Source of the DNA: Octopus sinensis
Taxonomy: Eukaryota
NCBI RefSeq assembly: GCF_006345805.1
Contig: NC_042999.1
Coordinates: 142,972,001 to 143,036,000 of the forward strand
Direction: 5' to 3'
DNA: 64,000 bases
Numbering within the stretch: the first letter of the stretch is position 1; the number at the start of each line of letters is the position of its first letter. This document shows, piece by piece, positions 52,526 to 64,000 of the stretch. The notes under the pieces are model-generated. The model did no database searches. It worked only from the letters and a program-made list of their open reading frames with translations, and was not told where the DNA came from. The position numbers and the translations under genes are program-made.

Positions 52526-53046
52526 ATCTAGTAAATTTGATGGTAGGATTTGATTTTATAATACATTAGTATCACATAATGACTGATTTTGAAATATAAG
52601 CTTTTCTGAATACAACTACAATTTGATAAACATCACAACCTTTTTGTATGTTTTGTGTATTTGCTAATTTAGTGTCTAACTCTGAATAGTGTTTCTGGAA
52701 TATTACAAATACATAGAGACGTTTACAATACAAACTCATCACTACATATTATGTTATTGGATGTGGCTATTGAATACTGTTAATGGATCTTTGAAAATGT
52801 GTATCTTATGGGTGTTTTTCTGTCAAAGAAATTTGAAAATCTTAAATATTAACAATGTCTGAGGTGCTAAATCAATTTTTATACATGATGTTAAATTTCA
52901 ATAGCATAGGTAATGTTATCTTTTCGCTGACTATTCACTTGTCTTGATTGAGGCCGAAATCAACAAATTTGGATTGAATATGAGAAAGATCTTCTCTTTC
53001 TTTAAGATACAAAATGTCTGATGGTTTCTTTTCTTTTTCTTTTCAG

Positions 53047-56000
53047 GGAAGGGGTTCTAGGGATGGTCAACAAGCAACCAGGGGCAGCAGCGGCTACGGC
53101 AGCAGCAGCAGCAGCAGCCTCAATCTCATGGCTACTACTCCAGGGGGCCGTACGTACAGGGGTTGGCGTAGGGGAAGGTAGGGCCAGCTCAGCTAAGTCA
53201 GGAGGGGGGTGGGTCCCTGCAAACGACAGTTCCCCAAACCGGAGGAGTTAATGGAAATAATTAAATTAAACTATGGAAAAGGTTTTACTGGGGGGTGGAT
53301 AATTTCTAGATCCCTCTATTTCCTAAGTATTATTACTAACATAAAACTATTATTACTATTTGGGGATTGTCAATTGCCCCTGCAGCAGAAGCAGCAGTCT
53401 ACTGGAAAGTAAAGCAAAAAAAAAAATTCAAGTGATCATCAGCTTCATTGGGAGGGATGTGATTGGGAGGGATTTGTACATGTTTTCTTGTCGTACAGTG
53501 TCTGCATTCCTGCCTCTGCTGACCGACAAACTGATGATTATGCCACTAAACAAGCACAGCAAGCAGCTGCAGTCATCAACTCCACTACTATATTACAACC
53601 ACCATCACCATAACCAACTTGCTGTTCTCTCTTTCACTCCTCCATAATATTCCTTTAATATCCTCCTCAATAATATATGTTGACCCTTGACTGGATCTGC
53701 TTCAGTTTTGTATTCCCCTCCCTTTTTTTATTGCATGCAGCAGCAAAAAAAAATATAATAAAAAAAGACAGATCCATCTGTTTGTGGGCTCAACACCACT
53801 AAAATGCGCATGTGCGTACACATACACACACACACCAACCAACCAACCTGTTTCTGATCTACACATAAATGTGATGATCTCTTCTGTGTGGAGCAGATTG
53901 CCCCTTTATTGCACTCACAATGACTTTTGAAAAAAAATGCAGCTTCAGTGCAGATGGCATTATCAGCTTAACAGATTGGCGCAAACGGCAACATTTGCCT
54001 GTCAGTCAGTGATTAGTGTGAACAGCACTTTGCTTGCATGCACTTAAATTGCATGCTCCTGTTAAATTTTAAACCTGTTGAAATTTGCACATGGGTATTT
54101 TATGTGAGTGTGTTTGTAAGTATATATGTGTATATGCATGTATATATATGCATATGTGTATATAAAGTATGAGTGTAAGTATATGCATGTATGTAGTGTG
54201 TATATACATGTGAAAGTATATAATATGTATATATTATATAGCTGTATGTATGATTCTTTTTCTAGCAAATCTCCTTGATGGAGAAGCATGTCCTATCGTT
54301 ACTTCTATATTGTAAAAGAAGCGACAATAATTGACAATAATAGAACGCTCTCTTAATTGGGCAAAGTACTATTGCTATTATAGGTACTCTATTACTTATT
54401 ACACAACAACGATTATTGACTTCCACCACTGGCTTTCAATTTGTCTGCTGATAACATATTTATTTTTATTTTTTTATCATGTTGTGCCAGATATGGAGGC
54501 GGAACAATAGGAAACACTGCCACCAGTTGGAGACAAAATAGTTCATTTGAGTCTGAGGAAATATTGTATATGAGCTGGACTTAGTTATATTTCATTCTTA
54601 CTGACGACTCTGAACATGCATATTCTTCCTTTTTCATTCTAGTCTCATCCTTTTTACCTCTAGTATCTCTACACTTTTTTTTGTATATTAACTATACCCC
54701 TGTTTTTATAGATCCCTTCCTTGTCTGCTATCTCCCTGATTATTCTAAATGTTTTTTTTTAAAATTTCACTTTGATGCTTATTCAAGATTTTTATTGTAT
54801 TTTTCAATTCTGAGAAAATTTATTTTTTTAAGACATCTTTTTAGAATGTTCTATCCTTGACAATAATTTCAATGTCTGTTTGCTAAAATTAATACTGATC
54901 CCATAACAACTGTACATACTTTTTTGATAATTTTTCCCTTCCCCTATTTCTCATTTGCTCTGAGAAAATTTGGCTGAAAATAGTACTGTTTAGTGATTTA
55001 ATAGTGTTGGTTGTGACAGCCCTGCTCTCATAACTCAGTCGCAATATTCCAAAACCTGTTTGGTGCTGAATTGAATAACAGTGTCTGTTTCCTGGTGTTT
55101 GCCTTTAACTATTAGGCAATGTCAAAAGGAACTAATCAGACTTGAATGACATATTTATTATTCATTTTTAAAAAAAAAGATTGAAGTATTTTATAATTCC
55201 TTTCTACATACAGTTGCTTTTACCTTCTGTAACTATTTCGGGTCCATATTGCTGTACTGGAGTTATAAAGAGATTTTCCTGAGCAAAATCCTTCTTGGTT
55301 CTTTTTCCTTGCAACCTATTTGTCATATTTAGAGCTGCTAGTCTGAGAATAATTAAAATCAATGATTAAATAGAAAACTAGTGATTTGTTTTTCATTTAT
55401 CAATTTGCATCTTAGTTTTTCTTTTTATGTTTTAGTTTACCTTTCTCAATAGCAGATTTATTAAATGGAAGCTTTAGGGGCTAAACTATTTGTTTTGGTC
55501 TTTTTTTTTCTTCAGAGAAATGGTTCCTATTTCCATTATTCTTTGTGGAAAAGGAATTTATATTGCTGACAGTGTTTTTTGTTTAATGGTTTAATCAAAC
55601 ATTCCTCCCTTTCCATGAATAGCTTTGTAAAGTTCTGTCTTATGCCATGCATTTTGACACTTATTTCTATGGCTTCCTTTTGGTTTGGTCTGTATAGATG
55701 CCTACACTCTATCTAGAAACAATTCTGTGAAGCTACTTCTGCATGTTGCTAGACTTGACTTAATCTTTGGATGACAGTCAGGTTGTCAAAGGTTGACATC
55801 AACACTGTAGTGGACAAAGAATTATCCAAACTGGTGATGTTACATTACTATAAGTTAGCCGTACTGTAGTAATGGTGTGTGACTAAATTGTAACAGTGTC
55901 TTCTGCACCTGGTCTCCTGCTCACTGGCTTTGCAATGTGTGTTGGCAGCATTTTGAAAGCAATGCCCTGGCCAAAATGGCTATTTTTTGTGCTACTATTA

Positions 56001-56890
56001 TGACAGATCTAATCAGTTTGGCTGTTGTTTTGTCTTGTGCACGTTAAAGCAATTTGACATCTATTATTGTTATTATTGTTGGTCACTATATAGTTTGAGA
56101 ATGGTTGGTATATTATTGTTGTTCGGTAAAGAAATTCCTACAATACAGTGTGGCTGTGTTTACATTAATGCCTGCCGTTCTCTGGAAAACAAGTGAAATA
56201 GCATCACATTGTTGACTGTTGTGATTGACTAACATTATTAAACTTATGGCATGCTAACTTTGAACTTTTTTTACCCCAATAACTGGTCTTATATTTTACA
56301 GTAGCTAAGCCAGCACTGAAAAATTGTCACTTTGGTATTATAAAAATATGCCCAAGTGTCTCTTAGTTTTTGAAAATGTTTAAATCTATTCATCTACTGC
56401 TTTTTAATTTTTTTTTTTTACCTAAATATTTCTTTGCTGTTAACATTACTATTATGGAAGCAATCAATGATGAAAGATTACTCAACTGCAAACATTTGTT
56501 GAGGCTCAATTACAAGTATAATATGCTGGCTTTGGCTTTAGCTTAGGCATTCTAGAAGTCAACTATTGTCTGCAATTTTAATACTGACACTCTACTCTCT
56601 CTCTCCTCCCGTCTTCAATATTCTTACAATTAAGGTTACTAGCAGTTGATTTTTCTGCTTTAGATTCTGTTCTGGCAGCAACAACAGGTATAGTGAGCAG
56701 CCAGCAATGTTGGTTATAAACTGGCTGTAATGAGTTAACAGGTTATGTAGTTAACAAAGGCATAAAGACAACTGTTTCAATTAACAAGAAACCTAGTTGT
56801 CTCTTTATACTGCCAGACATTGTCTGCTTGTATGTTTTGTCTTCTGATTTTAAAGTAAAGCATGCTGAATAAACTGGTTGGTATCATGGA
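53047..56890 (+). other. TNPO1: Putative terminal 3'UTR exon of transportin (3' end uncertain)
   Basis: A strong acceptor (tttcttttctttttcttttcag) at 53046 can pair with the unused donor at 51309. No interspersed-repeat copies were recognised for about 3.8 kb. AATAAA at 56868 is followed by U/GU-rich sequence. Confidence 0.6.
56868..56873 (+). promoter_or_regulatory. Candidate polyadenylation signal for transportin
   Basis: AATAAA with a downstream U/GU-rich tract; alternative AATAAA at 57528 and 58735. Confidence 0.35.
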
Positions 56891-59091
56891 AGAATTTAGT
56901 TTTCTTTCTTTTGTGTCTATGCATGCATTTGTTCAGTCTTTCATGTTTGAGAGCAATTTGATGTAAACTTGTATGATTATTTGGATAAATTATCAGACTT
57001 TGTGCAAATAATTGATTTGAAGTAATATGAATGAAGTCAAACTGAGATTTCTGTTTGAGAAAATCTATTGCTAGTTAAAACTGTGATATGGAATTGAAGG
57101 ATTGATATGTTCAAAAAAGATATTCTAGAGTACTACTCTTCATTAGCTCATTTCCAACATATAATTGTTATAAAAATATCAAATCTGACCTACTAGCATC
57201 TATCTATATTTTACAATTACATGAAAATAATGTCACTAATGTATTACCAGAAACATAAGATAGCTTCAAGATATTTAACAAGAGGAATTATTGAAAACTG
57301 GCTTAGTATAGAGGAAACTGCTGGTTAAGAAAGGCCACTCCTCCCCCTCCAGTTTTATGCAATTTCATAAATGATATATATTGATTTAAAGTCTAATCAA
57401 CCTCATCATGACCTTCATTGATATGGTTTACTTCTGTTAAAGAAGGCTAACTAATTACTTGATCTTGGGTAGAGGTCTCCACTTCATTCTTCTATGGATC
57501 TGAACCAATACTGAGCATTTCCTTTGGAATAAAGTACTCAGTATAGAGGGTTGTTGAAGTTAGTCCTAAATCTATTCAATGATTATACCCACCACAACCA
57601 AAACCTCTTTCCTTCCACATTCACTAACCTCATCTATCAATATAATTCCTCTTTAAGATACATTGATCCAACATCATCTCTAGCTAACTTGAACAAGTGT
57701 AGTGGCCCTGCCACCCCAAATACATAATTTACCCCGTTTTTCTGCAAATCCTTTCTTAACCTATTTGCACCATCATCCTTGTTATGATGGACTCTTAGTC
57801 CTCAAATTATTTCCGTGTTCTATTGGCAGGTCACTGGATTGGCTACAAGGACAAACTTGTTCACTGGCCTCTAACTCTAAATTATATAGTTGTTCACTCT
57901 TGAAGAGCTCACTGCTTTTGTTAATAATTTCCATTTTGCTTTAAAAGTCACAAATGCCTCTGTTTAACAATCCTCACCTACTTAGCACCTCACACCAAAT
58001 CTAGCTTTCATAACAATTAATCTTAGATTGTGATTGACTGTTTATCAAGTAATTATACTTCATTTCACCTTACTCCTCTAGGCTTACCTAAATCCATGCT
58101 CTCTTTAAATGTAGCTTATTGGGCCACATTTTAAAAATTCTCCTCTCCCCCATCTTCTCAAACCTTTTAACTACTTCAGCCACTCCAACACTAGCCTCTC
58201 TTAGGCAAGCACCATCAACAGGTTAAATTTACTCTAATCTCATCTCCCTAATACATAGATGAACACACTAACTTATACTAACTCTGCTACTTTTAACCAT
58301 TCCTGTTGTGCATGTCTTACATTTCATCTTGACATCCACCACCACTCAAAGGCCACATTAAATCATCTTACATACTTAATGACCTCCACCACCAAACACA
58401 TTACCACCGCAATATGCAGGTATCTTCTTTTGACTCAGATAAAGAACTAGAAATCATAATATCAGATCTTTTCCTTTCTTCAGGTAGTTTATTTAAAATA
58501 CATTTTCTCTTGCCCACACAGATTCTCATTGGATTCCTCTGATTCTAGATATGACAATATATGGGATAATTTCCTACATTTCTTTTAGTATTAAATTTTA
58601 TAGTGACCTCTTGGTTGTACAAAGTTATTGACACAAATTTTTCAGCAATACATATGAATAGTGTAGTTAATCTTTTTGTTGGAATACGTTGCCTTTACTT
58701 CAATTAATTTTGAAAATTATGAAGCACTTCACAAAATAAAAGTAATATTAAGCTTGTTTCCAAACCTAAACAAACATGAAATTTTTATGGAAGGTTAAAT
58801 TTAAATCACTTTAAAACAAGCGTGTATCATAGAACTAGGTGCTGTCTCAGTTTTGGTATCAAACGGGTTAAACCTTATTTACAAACAAGTTTTATACCAC
58901 CTAAACTTGCAACAGGATTGAAACTTGGCTTCTCTTGCAGCTGATATAATGGACATCTAGTTGATCACGAAGATAGAATTTAAAGTATAAAAGTGTCTTT
59001 GCCATTGAATACAAGGCATTTTTTAGTTGCTCATTCATTTGCTGTATCATAGATATGAACCAAAAAAGAAGCAGGAGTTACATATTTCTTT

Positions 59092-59097
59092 TTTATT
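59092..59097 (-). promoter_or_regulatory. Candidate polyadenylation signal for LIG4
   Basis: AATAAA on the minus strand about 190 nt past the LIG4 stop. Confidence 0.4.
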
Positions 59098-59282
59098 AAT
59101 TATTTTGTTATAAAATATAAACTTCAATTTTTAATCAATTAAAATATTTTTGTGTGAAAGGCAGCTCCTTTTGAAATTTGTCTCAATCAGACCTTCAAGT
59201 TGGTTGAATTGTTGAGCTGTACACACACTGTTGTACCTATTTACAGCTAAATGTACTGTGGAAAAAAACATTGTACTGAAGT

Positions 59283-59418
59283 TTACAGCAAAAACAACTT
59301 TTCTGGACATAAACAACCTTCTCTTATACATTCTTTGACCCATTCTGAATTAAGGATGTGGAACTTCTTTTCTGATTGGCACCGTTTATATTTGAACATA
59401 TCCAACCTCTCTAGGTGA
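59283..59418 (-). CDS. LIG4: DNA ligase IV last coding exon (HLERLDMFK...KKFHILNSEWVKECI...LFLL*)
   Basis: ttgcag acceptor and TAA stop; contains the BRCT2 terminal W-V-x-x-C/S-I motif. Confidence 0.9.
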
Positions 59419-59862
59419 CTGCAATGAAACAAATTAATGCAATTGAATTTCTTGAAATAGCTGGATTTTTATTGTTTAAAAATCTGAATGGTTATTGCTA
59501 TTGGAGATGTATTGTAATTTCATACATTTCCATCATTAATTACTGCAATTTCCTTTTCAGATGTCTTAATGCTGGTAAAATAGGCAATTATATATATTTA
59601 TGTATCAAACATAATTTGTTCTTGTGTTCAGAATCCACTTCAACTATGTTTGTCTTTCGTCTACTTCATACTTTGAAGCTAAACCTTAGTTCTCAAGTGC
59701 CTTGTAAGGCCTAGAGAGACTTACATTGATGGAATATCTTGAAGTGCATTGTTTCTTTTCTTTTTTTAATTCAAATAATAAATCTGTAAGTAACGTTAAG
59801 TTTATACCATCATGAAGTTAGAGAACTGAATACTTAAATTGATAGAAAATAAAGCGACTCAC

Positions 59863-60012
59863 TTTTTGTCCATTATCAAGTGGGATACTGAATTGTCCAA
59901 TACTGGCAGAACTGTGGCTCCGAAATACCTCATTTCCATAGCCAACAATGTTAATGGAGAATGCTGAAGGTAATTGTCATCATTAGGGTCCAATTTGTTG
60001 TCCACATATACT
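59863..60012 (-). CDS. LIG4: DNA ligase IV exon, BRCT2 (VYVDNKLD...LAMEMRYFGATVLPVLDNSVSHLIMDK)
   Basis: ttctag / gtgagt, 150 nt; matches LIG4 ALELRFHGAKVV...VSHVII. Confidence 0.9.
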
Positions 60013-60459
60013 CTAGAAAAACAGTAGATAGTTGATAACTTGGCTGACCATTTTATTTTCTCTTCACTAAAATAATTTCAGGTTCTGTTCAGTTCCTTTC
60101 CTATTTCAGCTTAAGAAAACATGCAATTTTATTATAAATAAAATCATGAAATTCCCATTTATGGTTTAAACAAGACATTTTTTTTCAAATTTTGAAATTT
60201 ATTATCTAATAATATTCAATGTTTTGTTTCAGTACTTATTGTATAACATTTCTAATGTCTAGACACAAAACAAAGAATATAAACTAAAATACAACATTCA
60301 TTCAAGATATGTGAATATAAAACTACTAAAACATAACATATATTCAAGACATGTATGCTCTCAGTTCAAGCTGCAGAAGCAGTATCTGTTTTATATGCAT
60401 TTTTCACATTCTAAACTGTCTTAACAGAAGAACCTTACTGCCCACTGTTTTATACTTAC

Positions 60460-60548
60460 TTGCACAACCTGAACAATCCATATGGAGACTCCATTGGGAA
60501 ATATTCATCTTCTATTTCTGCAATCTCTTCAGGACTTAGACATTTAGG
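60460..60548 (-). CDS. LIG4: DNA ligase IV exon (PKCLSPEEIAEIEDEYFPMESPYGLFRLC)
   Basis: cctaag / gtaagt, 89 nt, phase 0 to 2; fits between its neighbours. Confidence 0.85.
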
Positions 60549-60654
60549 CTTAGGAGAAAAAAAAATTTGTACTTTACTAGTAGATATGTGCAGAAGCCAC
60601 AATATGCAGTTATACAACAGTACAAATATATATTTGGTTTATAACATTTCATGT

Positions 60655-60824
60655 TTAACCCTTTAGCATTTAAACTGGCCATATCTGGTCTCTCACACCT
60701 ACCTACAATGTCAAAAAAAATCACGTCATCAAAATCCTGAAGTTATGATGTAATGCATGATTAATTGAAAATAATGTGAATAAATAAGTTACCTAACAGA
60801 GTAATCTGAATGCTAAAGGGTTAA
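60655..60824. mobile_element. piggyBac-like MITE in a LIG4 intron
   Basis: TTAA|CCCTTTAGCATT ... AATGCTAAAGGG|TTAA. Confidence 0.8.
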
Positions 60825-61710
60825 AATGAGATGTAGAGCATAACAAGTGCATCAGTTAAATAAGTTCACATTACAAGAGTCAATGAACAATTTCTGTGGA
60901 AGTTTCTCTGAAAGTTATACTCCAGACTGGATATGTGAATAGAATACATCTAATCAGAAAAAGAAGCCGTCAATTATATAAAGTCTTCTGTTAGTCTTAT
61001 ACTTTATCAGTTGCTCTCTCTCTTCTTAACTGAGTGGAACTAGTAATGGTAAGAAATGTTCAATCCTCTGTCTAGGTAGGAGCCCAGTACAACTTTAATA
61101 ATAGTCTAGTTTGAGTTTCAACCCATTTGAAAATGCAGAAAGATTTGCATTGGCACTGCAAACTAACATTCCCATGGAATGGTAAGCTTGTAACTGCTCT
61201 TAAGATAGTTTAGATATCTATACACAGTTAAGCCAGCAAAAGGTGACATAGCACAACATTAATAAGGCTGTAAACAACCACCATTTAATATTGAAACCAA
61301 TAATATAAATAGCTTCAAGAATACAGTGAACTGTCAAGGAAAATAAAATGCAGGAATGGTTTTTTAACACTGATTTGCTAATGACAACCACTTCAAAGAC
61401 CATTACAACTATAACTTAAGCTGATCTTTCAAAACTAATGCTCATATTGAAGTGCTGAATGTATATCCTACTGGATATTTCAAGTTATAGATCTTAAGTT
61501 CAAATCTATACATGTTTTAGTGTATACTTTTGCAATAAACTGAAATTCTTTCTGACTCAAAAGTTCATTTAGCTATTGGAAATAGATACCAAATCTGTTG
61601 GGAATATTTTCTAAGTTGAGCATGTTATGCAAGAAATGTATTCTCTAGCCAATGCTAAAGGGTTAACTCCATATAACTGGGGTAAAGCATAGTTGAGGTG
61701 GAGTAGCTAG

Positions 61711-62006
61711 CTCCCATGACTTTAGGAAACATTTTTTCATGCTTAGAGTTGCTGAAGCATGGAACAAAGTGTTGGCATCAGTTGTTAGTTGTCGGAGCAC
61801 TGCATCCTTCAAAACTTCCATGCTTTCTGAGATTCGCCAACACTACACCTGATTTTCTCCCCTCCATACACACACACACGCATGTATCTGACTCGTGCAT
61901 TGTTCGCTTTCCAGACATTTGTACATTACTGCATATACTCTATACGCACTTTCTGACATGTGGTGCACCTGAGCACTGTATACAATAATTTCATTATTAT
62001 TATTAT
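61711..62006 (+). mobile_element. CR1/L2-type LINE 3' end
   Basis: RKHFFMLRVAEAWNKV peptide (FF..RV...WN.L motif) and an (ATT)n tail. Confidence 0.7.
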
Positions 62007-62053
62007 AGCTGAATATATGATTAGTTCAAACAACCAAAGAAATAGTCTCTTAC

Positions 62054-62189
62054 CAATTGCATTGTAGAAAAGACATCTTTCAAGTCCTGATATGTTGAGT
62101 GATAAGTATAATTGTCTCCATACTCATCAAAGTCTTCTCTTATCTTAGCAATTGTGGCCTTTGTTGCATGGATGATATTTTTGGGAGTC
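62054..62189 (-). CDS. LIG4: DNA ligase IV exon, inter-BRCT/XRCC4-binding region (TPKNIIHATK...DEYGDNY...LKDVFSTMQL)
   Basis: ttcaag / gtaaga, 136 nt; matches the LIG4 DCYGDSY...LKEVF pattern; within ORF 62021..62245. Confidence 0.9.
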
Positions 62190-62517
62190 CTTGAAAATAA
62201 ATATTTATAATATACAAGTTTATAAGTTATACATCCTGAATCCATTAGCCTGATAATTAAAATATCTTTCTATCAAATTTTTGGTCTCTAAAGGTTTCTT
62301 TACATATTGTGATTAATATTATCAATATACAGATGAATGTATTTTATATCATCTAGTTTTGCTTTTCTTAAACCATTTTCATATTTCAAAATGACTTCAA
62401 TGGTTCTTTAGGTTTGGACATTGACTCAAATTTTTGACGCAACATATTTTAGAGCAGAATAACTTTAATAGATTATTGTTCTTTAAAATTACAAATCTGA
62501 CAATTGCTCAAACTTAC

Positions 62518-62650
62518 CAAGGAAGCAGCTTTTTATTTTCAATGCAATCTAAAAACCAGCTGACATTAATGATGTTGTAAATATTACTTTTGATATAATG
62601 GTTCACTTGGTAAGTCTTCTTGTCAGCCAACACACAGTATGTCTGGGAAT
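62518..62650 (-). CDS. LIG4: DNA ligase IV exon, end of BRCT1 (SQTYCVLADKK...SWFLDCIENKKLLPW)
   Basis: catcag / gtaagt on the minus strand, 133 nt. It aligns by eye to human LIG4 DTYCVIAG...AWLLECFKTKSFVPW. Confidence 0.9.
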
Positions 62651-64000
62651 CTGATGAGGGTAGAATAAACAAGCAGAATATATGAGATGGGGTGTGATAG
62701 TGGAGTTGGGAAAAAAGATGATGCAGAAGTTGGAATGCAAGGTGGTGGTAGTGGAGAGGAATAATTTTACATTGTACTCAATGCATACCCCACCCATATC
62801 TAATCTGAATGTGGTAGTGGTTAGAGAGCTCTATAAATTTGTCCACTGATTGTTGCACAACTCTATACAGTTCTTTTCTATATGACTCTATTACTGTAGA
62901 TTTGTGGGTCCTAACCTGCAGTACATGTACCATCATAGTATATCAATACATCTATATGAAAGAGTCTGGGTGTATAACTATAATGTACACTGCAGTATAA
63001 CAGCCTCGTTACAAAATAGCTGAAAAATGCAACCAACCAGGAATGGTTTGCTCCTTTACAAAATTATAAATAAACTATGTTAAAGGCCACCCAGTGTTTT
63101 TGCATACCAGCAAATACATTTTATGTTATTTTTATATACTTCTGGTTGGTTGTTACAGATTGATTTCAGAAGTGGGTTGAATATATAACACTGATGAGCC
63201 AAAAAATAAAAACTGAAATATCAATGTATCATCTTCATTCAGTTTCAGGATGATTTTGTTTTTTAATACTATGCATCTTTAAATATATTCTATACTAGAA
63301 AGCATGCCATATGTTCTATATACTGCCAAGTATATACTATGCCACTGTCTCTGCACATATACATGTACTGCACTATAAGTACAGAAATGATATTTTCTAA
63401 GTTCTATTCAATGAAACTGCTGTATTGCATTATAAAAACTACATCACTACATAGTACTGCATATCTTTCATTAAAGAAACTGCACTGAATTACACTGTAG
63501 AAAATGTATTTTGCTATATTGTATTATACTAGTATACTACAATATATTTCACACTAGTTGTGCAGGAGATGTCTATATTGAGCTTTGTAAATTTGACTTA
63601 TCAATCTGTCATGGCTTAAATTCTGGACAATCTGATCTTGTTTCATTGCTTTGTGTATTTCACTGAATCTTTTACCTAGATTCTCTATGGTTTTCTCACA
63701 TATTTCGAAATGTTATACTACAGTACACTGGCGCTGAAGCAGTGATATGATCTTTGCAAACTGAAGTCTGTAGTTGAGATAGTTTACTTCATTTGCTCCT
63801 CATATTTGCAAATGTCATCCAGCCAATAGCCTGGAGAAGAATAAGCTGACTTGCCCCTATTATAAAGACATGAAACTTTCAGCAGAGTTATATTAAGATC
63901 ACTGGACCTGTTTCAATATAGCATCATGCTATTACTACAAAAATAACTACATTACTTGGGTCCCGTACTGACTACATACCATGCTACATTATACTATAGT

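Noticed and set aside
62789-62915. Stop-free minus-strand segment with AG/GT ends, phase-compatible with LIG4 exon 62518-62650
   Set aside because: The peptide (VRTHKSTVIESYRK...) has no resemblance to LIG4 BRCT1 and the acceptor lacks a pyrimidine tract. The true upstream exon probably lies beyond the window.

Overview
AT-rich eukaryotic (metazoan) genomic DNA. The repeat families and microsatellite load suggest a cephalopod, probably Octopus (inference). The + strand carries most of a transportin gene (TNPO1/karyopherin-beta2 type). I resolved 19 coding exons from 13032 to the stop at 51283, all with GT-AG introns and consistent phases (2489 nt). The first ~60 codons were not found, so those exons probably lie upstream of the window. 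A donor 25 nt after the stop and a strong acceptor at 53046 indicate a 3'UTR intron followed by a long terminal exon. The - strand carries the last five coding exons of DNA ligase IV (BRCT1 end, XRCC4-binding linker, BRCT2; 62650 to 59283), tail-to-tail with transportin. The introns hold RTE-like LINE fragments and tails, tRNA-headed SINEs, two decayed mariners, piggyBac-like and hAT-like MITEs, long fold-back hairpins, Helitron-like pieces and a Penelope-like retroelement with inverted arms. The most notable items are (i) a tRNA-like Pol III promoter plus minimal hammerhead ribozyme cassette in the Penelope arms, (ii) a GC-rich start of the transportin 3'UTR exon that could supply an RG/S-rich, cargo-like alternative C-terminus, and (iii) candidate poison exons in both genes. 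No searches or folding programs were run. Repeat boundaries are approximate.
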